Below are positions 1-10,184 of a stretch of 64,000 nucleotides of DNA, piece after piece. The position numbers and the translations under genes were made by a program. The stretch's first letter is position 1. Every line of letters begins with the position of its first letter. The stretch lies in assembly GCF_055900595.2 (NCBI RefSeq), contig NZ_CM148325.1; one strand, given 5' to 3'. The notes under the pieces were generated by a model. That model saw only the letters and a list, made by a program, of their open reading frames with translations. It was not told the DNA's origin and searched no databases.

Positions 1-1381
1 GCCAGTAATCCACCGTTGGCAGATAACCACTACCGTAGTAAATCGGACTGGGTCCGGTGGCGTATGGTGTAAGAATGCTCCCCAGACCAATGGCCGCGCC
101 AACCATCAGGCAGAACACGGGAAGCGGGATTTCCGGCATCGCCAGCGCGGCGGCAATCATCATCGGCGCGAGAGCGGAGGTATACGCCGTGGCGCTGGCA
201 AAGAAGTAGCGTAGCAGATAAAACACCACAATCAACGCCACCATCACCATCGTTGGCGAATAACCGCTTAAGCTGCCTGCTAACAGTTTGCCAAACCAGC
301 TAATAAAACCGGTGTTGTTGAGTCCGGTAGCGAGGGTGATAAGCGAGGCCAGCCAGAAGAAAACGTTCCACGCCGCTTTATTACTGACAATATCGTCCCA
401 GCAGATAATGCGCAGAAGCAGCATCAGTGCCACCACGCTGTAACCGACCATCGCGGCATCGATATAATCACCGCCGAAAATCCACAGCACCAGTGCGCCT
501 ACCATCAGCCCCAGCATCCGTTTTTCACGAGAACAGAGCGGGCCCATTGCCTGCAGTTCCGTCTCTGCCCAGCGCGGCACCTGATCGCCAGACTTCAGTA
601 CCGGCGGGTACAGCACGTAAGCCAGCCAGGGAACCAGCAGAACCAGTAAAATGCTGAGCGGCAACATCCCGAGGAACCAGTCGCCCCAGCTCAGCGTGGC
701 GTGAGATGCGCTTTTCATCAGGCCAATTAACAGCAAATTTGGAGCCATCGCCGTCAGGAAAATGGCGCTGGTCACGCAGTCGGCAATAATCCCCATCCAC
801 ATGATGTACGAGCCAATGCTGCGCGAACTGCTGTCGTTTGGTTGTGATTGATAGAGTGGTGGCAGGTTACGGATGATGGGATAGATAATCCCCGCACCGC
901 GCGCCGAGTTGGACGGTGTTACAGGTGCCAGGATCAGCTCGGAGAACATTACCGCATAGCCGAGAAACAGCGTACGATGCCCCATCTTTTTCACCAGAAT
1001 CAGCGCGATACGTCGCCCCAGCCCGGTTTTTTCATAGCCTGTGCCAAACATAAAGGCGGCGAAAATCAGCCAGATAACCGAATTAGAAAAACCAGAAACC
1101 GCCCAGGAGAGGGATTTGGCGGTGAACTTAAAACCTGGCTGGGCGAGCTGCTCCGGGCTAAACAGCAGCCACGGCGAGAGAATGGCGATAATGGAGATAC
1201 CCACCATCGCCACCACGGCACCCGGCACGGGTTCGAGGATCAGTCCAACGATCACGCCAGTAAAAACGGCAAAGTAGAGCCAGGTATGACTCTCCAGCCC
1301 TGCGGGAACCGGAATTAGAGCAATAATGGCGATGACCGCCAGCGGCGCAAGGTATCGCCACCATTCAGTGGAAGGTTTCAT
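1..1381 (-). CDS. ttdT: L-tartrate/succinate antiporter TtdT, partial (N-terminus at 1381, C-terminus beyond window start)
   Basis: Minus-strand translation from ATG at 1381 (MKPSTEWWRYLAPLAVIAII...) is a polytopic membrane protein; open to the window edge; position next to ttdB/ttdA. Not in ORF track because it is truncated. Confidence 0.8.
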   Translation of the reverse strand, partial: MKPSTEWWRYLAPLAVIAIIALIPVPAGLESHTWLYFAVFTGVIVGLILEPVPGAVVAMVGISIIAILSPWLLFSPEQLAQPGFKFTAKSLSWAVSGFSNSVIWLIFAAFMFGTGYEKTGLGRRIALILVKKMGHRTLFLGYAVMFSELILAPVTPSNSARGAGIIYPIIRNLPPLYQSQPNDSSSRSIGSYIMWMGIIADCVTSAIFLTAMAPNLLLIGLMKSASHATLSWGDWFLGMLPLSILLVLLVPWLAYVLYPPVLKSGDQVPRWAETELQAMGPLCSREKRMLGLMVGALVLWIFGGDYIDAAMVGYSVVALMLLLRIICWDDIVSNKAAWNVFFWLASLITLATGLNNTGFISWFGKLLAGSLSGYSPTMVMVALIVVFYLLRYFFASATAYTSALAPMMIAAALAMPEIPLPVFCLMVGAAIGLGSILTPYATGPSPIYYGSGYLPTVDYW

Positions 1382-1430
1382 CGTGTTATGCCTGCGAAAA
1401 AGGAGAGGGGGGTGAGCCTCTCCGGGAGGG

Positions 1431-2036
1431 TTATTTGATGTAGTGGACGTGCTCGCAAATCTCTTCCACGATGGGATCGCGGCGTTCGGCGAACAGCTTT
1501 TTGTTTTCGGCTATCAGGTTGTTGCCGTGGGTATCAATAGAGACAATCAGCGGACCGAACTCTTTGACCCGGCAGACCCACAGCGACTCCGGCATCCCGA
1601 GTTCTGTCCAGTGCACCTCTTCAATCTCTTCCACCTGGGTTGCCGCCAGTACTGCGCAGCCTGCCGGGAAAATCACATGCAGCGCCTTGAATTTCTGGCA
1701 GCCTTCTTCGGTCAGCGGCCCCATTCCGCCTTTGCCGACCACCAGTTTCACGCCGGTCTGTTCGATAAATTCACGTTCAAAACTTTCCATACGCATACTG
1801 GTTGTCGGGCCGACGGATACCATCTCCCATTTGTCGCCGTTTTTGCGCACGATGGGGCCAGCGTGGAAAATCGCTTTGCCGTTGAGATCGTAAGGGATCG
1901 GACGTTTGAGTTCGATCAAGCGACGGTGACAAACGTCACGGCAGGTTACCAGCGTACCGGTCAGGTAGATCACATCGCCGACGCGAATATCTTGCAGATC
2001 TTCAGCTTTGATCGGGGTTGTCAGGATCTTTTTCAT
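1431..2036 (-). CDS. ttdB: L(+)-tartrate dehydratase beta subunit
   Basis: 201-aa ORF; 4-bp overlap with upstream ttdA; fumarate-hydratase class I C-terminal-like sequence. Confidence 0.88.
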
Positions 2037-2944
2037 AACGCGCTCCGGGTGTGAGACAGATTTTCAAAGGTGAGATCGGCATGAACCAGCAGTGTGCCGC
2101 GACGATGCGCCCAGCAGCCGGTAGAAACAGCAACGCCGATGGTTGACGGATGGCGGGCGGCAGATTCGATATGTACGCCCATCACTGAACTGTTGCCAGT
2201 CAGCCCCTGTGGACCAATCCCCAGACGGTTGAGTCCTTCTTCCAGGCGTAGTTCCAGCTCTGCCGCTTTTGGATTGGGATGGCGGCTGCCAATTGGGCGC
2301 AAAATGGCTTTACGTGAGAGCACAGCGGCGGTTTCCACCGAGGTGGCGATGCCCACGCCTACCAGTACCGGTGGACAGGCGTTTACGGCGAGGGTGGAGA
2401 TATTTTCGAAGACGAATTTCACTACGCCTTCGTAGCCTTCCGACGGCATTAACACTTTCGAACGACCAGGCAACGTGCAGCCGCCGCCTGCCATGTAAAC
2501 TTCGATTTCCGCATCGTCACCGTCGGGGACGATATCCCAGGTGACCCACGGTACGCCGCTGCCGGTATTTTTGCCGGTGTTCACTTCGTCAAAAATTTCT
2601 ACCGCATTGTGACGCAGTGGCGCTTTGACGGTTGCCTCTTCCACGGCTTGCTTAAGAATGCTTTGCAGCTCGCCAAGCAGTGGGAAACGGGAACCGACCT
2701 TAACAAAAAACATGATTTCGCCGGTGTCCTGACAGGCAGGACGATTCAGGTCGATTGCTTTTTGCATGTTGTCGAACATCGTGTGGTAGATGATTTTCCC
2801 CATCGACGACGTTTCGGCATCCTTTAGCTGTTTTAGTTTGTCCACCACGTCATCGGGCATTCGGGTAGAAATCATGGCGGTAAAGTTAGCGACAATCTCC
2901 GTCAACTTATTCACTGCCTGTTGCTTATTACTTTCGCTCATCAT
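2033..2944 (-). CDS. ttdA: L(+)-tartrate dehydratase alpha subunit
   Basis: 303-aa ORF; divergent from LysR regulator ttdR; Fe-S hydrolyase alpha-like sequence. Confidence 0.88.
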
Positions 2945-3150
2945 GGCAACTCCAGTTTATGTATTTGTCTGGAAAAATTCACCGCCACAAACTACCACTA
3001 AAAATGTGGTTTTATATTTTTTGCCGCCGTGAATATGTAATTCACAGTTCGTGAATCAACGCGAAAATAAGAATGAATATTGCGCCAGAGCAGGGAATGG
3101 CAATGTTTTGCGAAATACACTGCGCTTATCATAACTGCGGATAATTAACG

Positions 3151-4083
3151 ATGCTGAATAGCTGGCCTTTAGCCAAAGATTTGCAGGTACTGGTAGAAAT
3201 CGTCCACAGCGGGAGTTTTAGCGCCGCAGCGGCGACGCTTGGGCAGACGCCTGCATTTGTCACCAAGCGGATCCAAATCCTTGAAAATACGCTGGCAACA
3301 ACGCTGCTGAACCGCTCCGCTCGCGGCGTGGCGCTGACTGAAAGTGGCCAACGTTGTTACGAGCATGCGCTGGAAATCCTCACCCAATATCAGAGACTGG
3401 TCGATGACGTCACGCAAATCAAAACGCGCCCGGAGGGGATGATTCGTATTGGCTGTAGTTTTGGTTTTGGGCGCAGCCATATTGCGCCAGCTATTACCGA
3501 ACTGATGCGCAATTATCCTGAGTTACAGGTGCATTTTGAATTGTTCGATCGGCAAATTGATTTAGTGCAGGATAATATTGATCTGGATATTCGTATTAAT
3601 GACGAAATTCCTGATTATTATATTGCGCATCTTTTGACAAAAAATAAACGAATATTATGTGCAGCACCTGAGTATCTGCAAAAATATCCGCAGCCACAAT
3701 CCTTGCAGGAATTAAGTCGTCATGACTGTCTGGTGACCAAAGAGCGCGATATGACCCACGGAATATGGGAGTTGGGGAACGGTCAGGAGAAAAAATCGGT
3801 GAAGGTAAGCGGGCACCTTTCCTCCAATAGCGGCGAGATTGTGCTGCAATGGGCGCTGGAAGGAAAAGGAATTATGCTGCGTTCTGAGTGGGATGTTTTA
3901 CCGTTTCTGGAGAGTGGCAAACTGGTGCGAGTATTGCCGGAGTATGCACAAAGCGCCAATATCTGGGCTGTTTACCGGGAGCCGCTCTATCGCAGCATGA
4001 AATTACGTGTCTGCGTGGAATTTCTGGCAGCATGGTGCCAGCAGCGGCTGGGCAAGCCCGACGAAGGCTATCAGGTTATGTAG
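3151..4083 (+). CDS. ttdR: LysR-family transcriptional activator of ttdAB
   Basis: 310-aa ORF with N-terminal HTH (LysR type) and substrate-binding domain; divergent from ttdA. Confidence 0.88.
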   Translation: MLNSWPLAKDLQVLVEIVHSGSFSAAAATLGQTPAFVTKRIQILENTLATTLLNRSARGVALTESGQRCYEHALEILTQYQRLVDDVTQIKTRPEGMIRIGCSFGFGRSHIAPAITELMRNYPELQVHFELFDRQIDLVQDNIDLDIRINDEIPDYYIAHLLTKNKRILCAAPEYLQKYPQPQSLQELSRHDCLVTKERDMTHGIWELGNGQEKKSVKVSGHLSSNSGEIVLQWALEGKGIMLRSEWDVLPFLESGKLVRVLPEYAQSANIWAVYREPLYRSMKLRVCVEFLAAWCQQRLGKPDEGYQVM

Positions 4084-4095
4084 ACTCGCGAAAAA

Positions 4096-4713
4096 TCACT
4101 CAGGATCCTTTTCGCGCTTTCTTTTGAATTTCGTCCAGATTTTTGTCTCCTGACGACGCCACAGACGCTGGATGTTGTCATGATGGCGCAGCAGGATCAG
4201 GCATGAGAGCATCGAAACCGGGAAGGTGAATTGTGGCTTAAACCACCAGACGTAAAATGGAGCAATCAGTGCGCTGACAATCGCTCCCAGCGACGAGTAT
4301 CCGCTCAATAGCACGGTCAGTAACCAGGTTCCCGCCATTACTCCGGTGAGATCCCAGCCAATTGGTGCGATGGCACCAAAAGCGGTAGCAACGCCTTTTC
4401 CTCCTTTAAAACCGAAGAAAACGGGCCAGATGTGTCCAAGGCAGGCGGCGATGGCAATTAAGCCTAGCCAGAAGGGGCTGACACCTAATTCATACGCGCC
4501 CCAGACGGGCAACATTCCTTTCAGAACGTCGAAAATCAGTACTGCTACGGCTGCTCCCTTGCCACCGATACGTAACACATTGGTTGCGCCAGGATTACCG
4601 GAGCCGCTGGTTCGCGGATCGGGCAGCCCACACAAGCGGCAAACCAGAATGGCACTGGAAATGGAGCCGCAGAGGTACGCGATGAGGATCATTCCAGGCG
4701 CGATTGCACTCAT
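4096..4713 (-). CDS. plsY: glycerol-3-phosphate acyltransferase PlsY
   Basis: 205-aa polytopic membrane ORF matching PlsY (YgiH). Confidence 0.88.
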
Positions 4714-4817
4714 AAGCTGTTCCGTTTTGAAAATTCGTGTTCAACGATGAATCTGTGGATAATACGCACATTTCGCCGGAAGTGGTATCCGGTTAGCCAA
4801 AAAGCAGGCAGGACGTG

Positions 4818-5186
4818 ATGGATATTGTATTTATAGAGCAACTTTCGGTAATCACCACTATTGGTGTTTACGACTGGGAACAGACCATCGAACAGAAGTT
4901 AGTGTTTGATATCGAAATGGCGTGGGATAACCGTAAAGCGGCGAAAAGTGATGATGTGGCGGATTGCCTCAGTTACGCTGACATTGCAGAAACGGTAGTC
5001 AGCCACGTCGAGGGCGCGCGTTTTGCGCTGGTGGAACGTGTGGCGGAAGAGGTGGCGGAGCTGCTGTTAGCACGCTTCAACTCGCCGTGGGTGCGTATCA
5101 AACTCAGCAAGCCAGGCGCAGTGGCGCGGGCGGCGAATGTTGGCGTCATCATTGAGCGTGGCAATAATCTGAAAGAAAATAATTAA
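4818..5186 (+). CDS. folB: dihydroneopterin aldolase
   Basis: ORF MDIVFIEQLSVITTIGVYDWEQ...; track ORF starts at GTG 4815, ATG at 4818 chosen. Confidence 0.85.
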   Translation: MDIVFIEQLSVITTIGVYDWEQTIEQKLVFDIEMAWDNRKAAKSDDVADCLSYADIAETVVSHVEGARFALVERVAEEVAELLLARFNSPWVRIKLSKPGAVARAANVGVIIERGNNLKENN

Positions 5187-5276
5187 TTTTACAGCTGTTA
5201 AACCAAACGGTTATAACCTGGTCATACTGCAATAGTTTGGACAAGCGTTACATTTTTATAATTTAGGGGTTTATTG

Positions 5277-6098
5277 ATGAGCGATATGCACTCGCTGCTG
5301 ATAGCGGCAATATTGGGTGTGGTCGAAGGATTGACAGAATTTCTGCCGGTATCCAGCACGGGCCATATGATTATTGTCGGTCACTTGTTGGGATTTGAGG
5401 GCGACACGGCGAAAACCTTTGAAGTCGTGATCCAGTTAGGATCAATTCTGGCGGTAGTAGTGATGTTCTGGCGACGTCTGTTTGGCCTTATTGGTATTCA
5501 CTTTGGTCGTCCGCTGCAACACGAAGGAGAAAGCAAAGGCCGTTTAACGCTGATCCACATTCTGCTTGGCATGATCCCAGCGGTAGTACTGGGGCTGTTG
5601 TTCCACGACACGATTAAGTCGTTGTTTAATCCAATAAATGTGATGTATGCGCTGGTCGTTGGCGGTCTGTTGCTGATTGCCGCCGAATGCCTGAAACCAA
5701 AAGAACCGCGTGCGCCGGGTCTCGATGATATGACCTATCGTCAGGCGTTTATGATTGGCTGCTTCCAGTGTCTGGCGCTGTGGCCAGGTTTCTCCCGTTC
5801 CGGGGCGACCATTTCAGGTGGGATGCTGATGGGCGTGAGCCGTTATGCGGCTTCTGAGTTCTCGTTCCTGCTGGCGGTGCCGATGATGATGGGCGCAACG
5901 GCGCTCGATCTCTACAAAAGCTGGGGCTTCCTGACAACTGGCGATATCCCGATGTTTGCCGTTGGGTTTATCACTGCCTTCGTAGTGGCGCTGATAGCGA
6001 TTAAAACCTTCCTGCAATTGATTAAGCGCATTTCGTTTATCCCTTTCGCCATTTATCGCTTTATTGTGGCGGCTGCGGTGTATGTCGTGTTCTTTTGA
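5277..6098 (+). CDS. uppP: undecaprenyl-diphosphate phosphatase (BacA/UppP)
   Basis: Membrane [33 protein letters not shown]...; second ATG of track ORF chosen as start. Confidence 0.88.
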
Positions 6099-6110
6099 TT
6101 GAGGAATAGT

Positions 6111-6142
6111 GTCGGATATGACGCTTGTGCGTCTTATCCGAC
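6111..6142. repeat. REP-like imperfect palindrome between convergent uppP and cca
   Basis: gtcggatatgacgc...gcgtcttatccgac inverted repeat (one mismatch), followed by ctggccgg. Confidence 0.45.
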
Positions 6143-6178
6143 CTGGCCGGTGTTTGCAATAAATTGAAATTCAAGTGC

Positions 6179-7417
6179 TTAATCAGGCTTTGGACAACGT
6201 TGTTCCTTCCAGCTGGCTACCGCCGCAATCCGCCGTCGGGTCAGCTCTTCGCGAATCTCCACACCTTTAAATCCCGCTTCAACGACGGCTTTTGTCGGCA
6301 CTGACTGTGCCACTTCCCAGGCTTCGCGCAACCAGCGGCCTTGCGGGTAGTCCGCTGATTCAAAACCGGTTCTGCCGCGCACATCAGCCTCGCTGGTCAG
6401 CGCCAGTTGCTCGACACGCTGCGGTTTACGCCAGGCGTCGATGGAATCAAATAGTTTGACGATGGTTTTTGGGTTCAGCATTGGGAAGGTGTGGATGAGA
6501 TCGTGAAACTCAGCCACCAGTCTGGCTAAATCGCGAATTTCATTTGGCACGCGCAGACGCTGGCATAGTTGTTCCACTAACTTCACACCCACCGGGCCAT
6601 GACCATGATGACGCGGCCAAAGTTCTGGCGGCGTCAGTCCTTTACCGAGATCGTGGCATAGCGTTGCGAAACGGACATCGACCTGCGGACTTAGCATCGC
6701 CGCCATTGAGAGCGTCATTAAGGTGTGAATACCGGTGTCGATTTCCGGATGCCACTTGGCAGGGGCCGGAACGCCAAACAGGGCGTCAATTTCCGGGAAT
6801 AAAACGCGCAGTGCGCCGCAATCGCGCAGTACCTGGAAGAACACCTGGGGATTGCGGGTAGTGAGGGCGCTTTCCGTCTCTTTCCACACCCGTTCAGGCG
6901 TCAGGTGTTCCAGTTCACCCGCGTGGGTCATCTCGCGCATCAGCGCCAGAGTTTCATCGGCAATACGAAAACCGAGGTGGGCATAACGCGCAGCAAAACG
7001 CGCCACGCGCAGTACGCGTAACGGATCTTCGCCAAAAGCGGGGGAAACATGGCGCAACAGACGATTTTGCAGATCGCCCAGACCGTTGTACGGGTCGATA
7101 ATCTCGCCGTTATCGTCCTGGGCCAGCGCATTAATGGTCAGATCGCGCCGCTTAAGATCATCTTCCAGCGTGACATCCGGTGCGGCATAGCAGGTAAAAC
7201 CGGTGTAACCGGAACCGGATTTCCGTTCGGTACGTGCCAGCGCATACTCTTCATGCGTTTGCGGATGCAGAAAAACAGGAAAATCGCGGCCTACCTGCTG
7301 GTAGCCCGCGTCGAGCATCTCCTGTGGCGTACTACCGACTACCACCCAATCTCTGTCTTTGACCGGTAGCCCTAACAATGCATCCCGAACAGCACCACCG
7401 ACCAGATAAATCTTCAC
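6179..7417 (-). CDS. cca: tRNA nucleotidyltransferase (CCA-adding enzyme) with HD phosphohydrolase domain
   Basis: 412-aa [31 protein letters not shown]...; HD motif (LCHDLGKG). Confidence 0.9.
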   Translation of the reverse strand: MKIYLVGGAVRDALLGLPVKDRDWVVVGSTPQEMLDAGYQQVGRDFPVFLHPQTHEEYALARTERKSGSGYTGFTCYAAPDVTLEDDLKRRDLTINALAQDDNGEIIDPYNGLGDLQNRLLRHVSPAFGEDPLRVLRVARFAARYAHLGFRIADETLALMREMTHAGELEHLTPERVWKETESALTTRNPQVFFQVLRDCGALRVLFPEIDALFGVPAPAKWHPEIDTGIHTLMTLSMAAMLSPQVDVRFATLCHDLGKGLTPPELWPRHHGHGPVGVKLVEQLCQRLRVPNEIRDLARLVAEFHDLIHTFPMLNPKTIVKLFDSIDAWRKPQRVEQLALTSEADVRGRTGFESADYPQGRWLREAWEVAQSVPTKAVVEAGFKGVEIREELTRRRIAAVASWKEQRCPKPD

Positions 7418-7480
7418 GCCATCATCCCTTCGTCAAATACACAATTCCTAATAATAAGACAGTGCAACGAAGAAGGCGAT

Positions 7481-8101
7481 TTAGTTCATCCAGCGATCTT
7501 TACGTTTGCGCGTTGGGATCAGGTGCGGCAGTACCAGACCGAGCAGCAAGCCAAGCCCCAGCACGCCGCCACCATACATAAACCACTGCATGATGATGGT
7601 GCGCTGTTTGTCATCCAGCTGCACGCTGGCGGCATCGACCTTTTTCTGCGCGACAATCAGCTCGTTTTTCAGTTTCTGATTTTCTTCTTTTAACCCGTTG
7701 ATCACGCTGTCGCTCTGCGCCACTTTTTGCTGCATTTCTGCGGTGCGCTGATTCCAGGTGTTATCGATATTGGTGAGCTTATCGGTCAGGGTTTTGACCT
7801 GATTTTCCAGATCTGGCACACGGGAGCGCAGGCTTGGCTCTGTGCTAAGTTGTTTCAACGGGATCCAGGCAGTACGGCCAGAGCTGTCTTTCACCTGGGC
7901 ATAATTGGTGTTGGCGTCAGTTTGTAATAAGGTCACTTCCTCGCCGGCGTTAACCGTGCCCACGAGGCGATAATGGTCTCCCGGACCGCTACGGACCCAG
8001 GTATTCAGTTCGTCAGAAACATAGCGCGTTTCTTCAGCGTGTGAGACGGCAGTGGCGCTAAGCGCGAGTAAAGTTAATCCGATCAGGCGTAATTTTGGCA
8101 T
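7481..8101 (-). CDS. ygiM: SH3-domain signal-transduction protein YgiM (HtrG)
   Basis: 206-aa ORF with signal peptide, coiled-coil segment and C-terminal TM helix. Confidence 0.8.
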   Translation of the reverse strand: MPKLRLIGLTLLALSATAVSHAEETRYVSDELNTWVRSGPGDHYRLVGTVNAGEEVTLLQTDANTNYAQVKDSSGRTAWIPLKQLSTEPSLRSRVPDLENQVKTLTDKLTNIDNTWNQRTAEMQQKVAQSDSVINGLKEENQKLKNELIVAQKKVDAASVQLDDKQRTIIMQWFMYGGGVLGLGLLLGLVLPHLIPTRKRKDRWMN

Positions 8102-8443
8102 CAGGCTGTCGTTATTGTCATGGAAAGTGGAACGATAGTAGTGGCATCAGTGTCGCTACGCAAAGCATTCGACATCAATCGGAATCCTCTGTGTCAGGTC
8201 TTGCCACTGCTTCAAACTTTTACGCCCGTCAAATTGCCCGTTGCATGGCAATTTGGCGCAAAATACTATCTACTGACAAAAAAGATCGCATTAAGTTCGC
8301 CGTTCATCGTCACTTATGTGACATAACCGATAAGTAAAGGCCTTGACATCCTCCCCCACCTTCGCGCAAAGCGACTCAGGAGGGGGATTCCCTTGTCAGG
8401 GTAGCAATACGTTGCCGCATTGCCCGGTTCCTCGCTCGACGGC

Positions 8444-9649
8444 TTACGCCGCCTTACGGGCGCGTCCTTTACGGACTGACGGCAATATTTGTCCTGCCGC
8501 CATGACTTCAAAACCTGCTGTTAATATATTGCGAGCGCCGTTTACATCGGCGTTTGCCGTATAGCCGCACGCGGTACAGATAAAGCTCGCCTGCGTCCTG
8601 CGGTTATTTTTCGATGTATGCCCACAACATGCGCATTTCTGACTGGTGTACGCCGGATTAATCGCCAGCACATCACCGCCGCGCCATGCCTGCTTATATT
8701 CGAGCTGGCGGCGCATTTCTGCCCAGCCCTGATCCAGTATCGCCCGGTTAAGACCTGATTTTGCCGCGACGTTGCGCCCCGGCTGGTCTACCGTACCCGC
8801 TGCTGATTTTGACATGTTCGAAACCTTTAAATCCTCAATGACTATCATCGCGTGGTTTTTGCTGATCGTCGTCGTGGTTTTATGAAGGTAATCGCGGCGG
8901 ATGTTTGCGATATGAGAGTGGAAACGGGAAATCTTCGCTTTCTGCTTTTTCCAGTTGGCGGAGAATTTAACCATCCGGGCCAGACGGCGCTGTAAGCGAG
9001 CCAGCTTATCCTGATTTTTTTTAAAGCTGTTTACCGGTTCAAAGACCGTGCCGTCTGAAAGTGTTGCCAGCTTTGTTATACCTGCATCCAGGCCTATTGC
9101 GCTGGTCGATGCGTGAATCGGATCGGTAACAGCTAATTCGACCTGAAAAGACACATACCAGTGTCCGGCATGCTGGCTGATGGTGCAATTTTTAATGACG
9201 CCTTCAATCTTCCGGGACTGACGAAATTTAACCCAGCCCAGTCCTGACGAGAGTTTCACACGGCCATAATCCAGCCCACAATATTTGCTGAAATTGACGA
9301 ACCGGATAGAGTCGCAGCCTTTGGTTTTCTTTTTGAAAACGGGCTTTTCAGCCGTCAGGGATTTATCAAAACAGCGATCCCATGCGCTCCGCAGGTCTTT
9401 CAGTTTCTGCTGGAGGTTGTCAGTGTAACCCTCAGCAAGAAAGGCCAGCTCAGGGAGTTTTTTCCAGCCCGTAAGTCGTTTATTCAGGTCGAAAGCTGAC
9501 GGAATTTTTCCGCCCGCGTCATGAATGCTCAGTGTTTCATTCAGTGCATAGTTCCAGACAAAGCGAGCGCAACCGCACAACTGACGCAACCTTTGCGCCT
9601 GCTGGTCAGTGGGGTAGAGCCTGTATTTATATGCTTTCTGGATTAACAT
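8444..9649 (-). CDS. tnpB: TnpB (OrfB) RuvC-like putative RNA-guided endonuclease of IS200/IS605 family
   Basis: 401-aa ORF; RuvC-I (AIGLDAGI), RuvC-II (IVIEDLKV), zinc finger CACCGH...CTACGY, RuvC-III (NADVNGARNI) all present. Confidence 0.9.
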   Translation of the reverse strand: MLIQKAYKYRLYPTDQQAQRLRQLCGCARFVWNYALNETLSIHDAGGKIPSAFDLNKRLTGWKKLPELAFLAEGYTDNLQQKLKDLRSAWDRCFDKSLTAEKPVFKKKTKGCDSIRFVNFSKYCGLDYGRVKLSSGLGWVKFRQSRKIEGVIKNCTISQHAGHWYVSFQVELAVTDPIHASTSAIGLDAGITKLATLSDGTVFEPVNSFKKNQDKLARLQRRLARMVKFSANWKKQKAKISRFHSHIANIRRDYLHKTTTTISKNHAMIVIEDLKVSNMSKSAAGTVDQPGRNVAAKSGLNRAILDQGWAEMRRQLEYKQAWRGGDVLAINPAYTSQKCACCGHTSKNNRRTQASFICTACGYTANADVNGARNILTAGFEVMAAGQILPSVRKGRARKAA

Positions 9650-9661
9650 TTTGCATTCAGT

Positions 9662-10114
9662 ATGTGGTTATTTAGAATGTACAATATATCCACATTTTTT
9701 TGGGAGGATCAATACGTGTGCGAAATCAATCGTTCACGCTATTCAGCTTACCTGTTGCATGTTCACGTTGTTTTTATGACAAAATACCGCCGTCCAGTTT
9801 TTGGTGAATTGCATCATGCAAACATGCGTCAGTATGTAGCGGAGGTATGCGCGGACTTTGGCGCCGAGTTAAAGGAATGTGACGGCGAGGCAGATCATGT
9901 TCACATGCTGATTGAATACCCACCGTTGGTGCAACTCACAAAGCTGGTAAACAGCCTTAAGTCCGTTACCAGTAGGCGGCTGCGGAATGATTTTATTGAT
10001 TTGCGCGCCGCGTATTCAAAGCCCGTACTCTGGTCACGCTCTTATTTCATCGGTTCATGTGGTGGAGCACCGCTGGAAGTTGTGAAAAAGTATATTCAGA
10101 ATCAGCGTGGCTGA
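9662..10114 (+). CDS. tnpA: IS200/IS605-family Y1 (HUH) transposase TnpA
   Basis: 150-aa ORF; HVHML (HuH) motif and C-terminal catalytic Tyr region (SYFIGSCGG); true start may be internal to the track ORF. Confidence 0.82.
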   Translation: MWLFRMYNISTFFWEDQYVCEINRSRYSAYLLHVHVVFMTKYRRPVFGELHHANMRQYVAEVCADFGAELKECDGEADHVHMLIEYPPLVQLTKLVNSLKSVTSRRLRNDFIDLRAAYSKPVLWSRSYFIGSCGGAPLEVVKKYIQNQRG

Positions 10115-10184
10115 TAAACTGCGGGCTTAACAGCCCAAATTCCCCTCCCGCCTACGTTGGGGGGGAGTACCCAGTGGAGGAAGG

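Larger units (their letters stand above)
8330..10175 (-). mobile_element. IS200/IS605-family insertion sequence with divergent tnpA and tnpB; boundaries approximate
   Basis: Y1/HUH transposase and TnpB ORFs back-to-back (12 bp apart); imperfect subterminal palindromes near 8308-8392 and 10122-10167. Ends not determined precisely. Confidence 0.6.

Noticed and set aside
1443-2054. 203-aa plus-strand ORF overlapping ttdB
   Set aside because: Antisense to ttdB, whose minus-strand product fits the ttdAB operon context.
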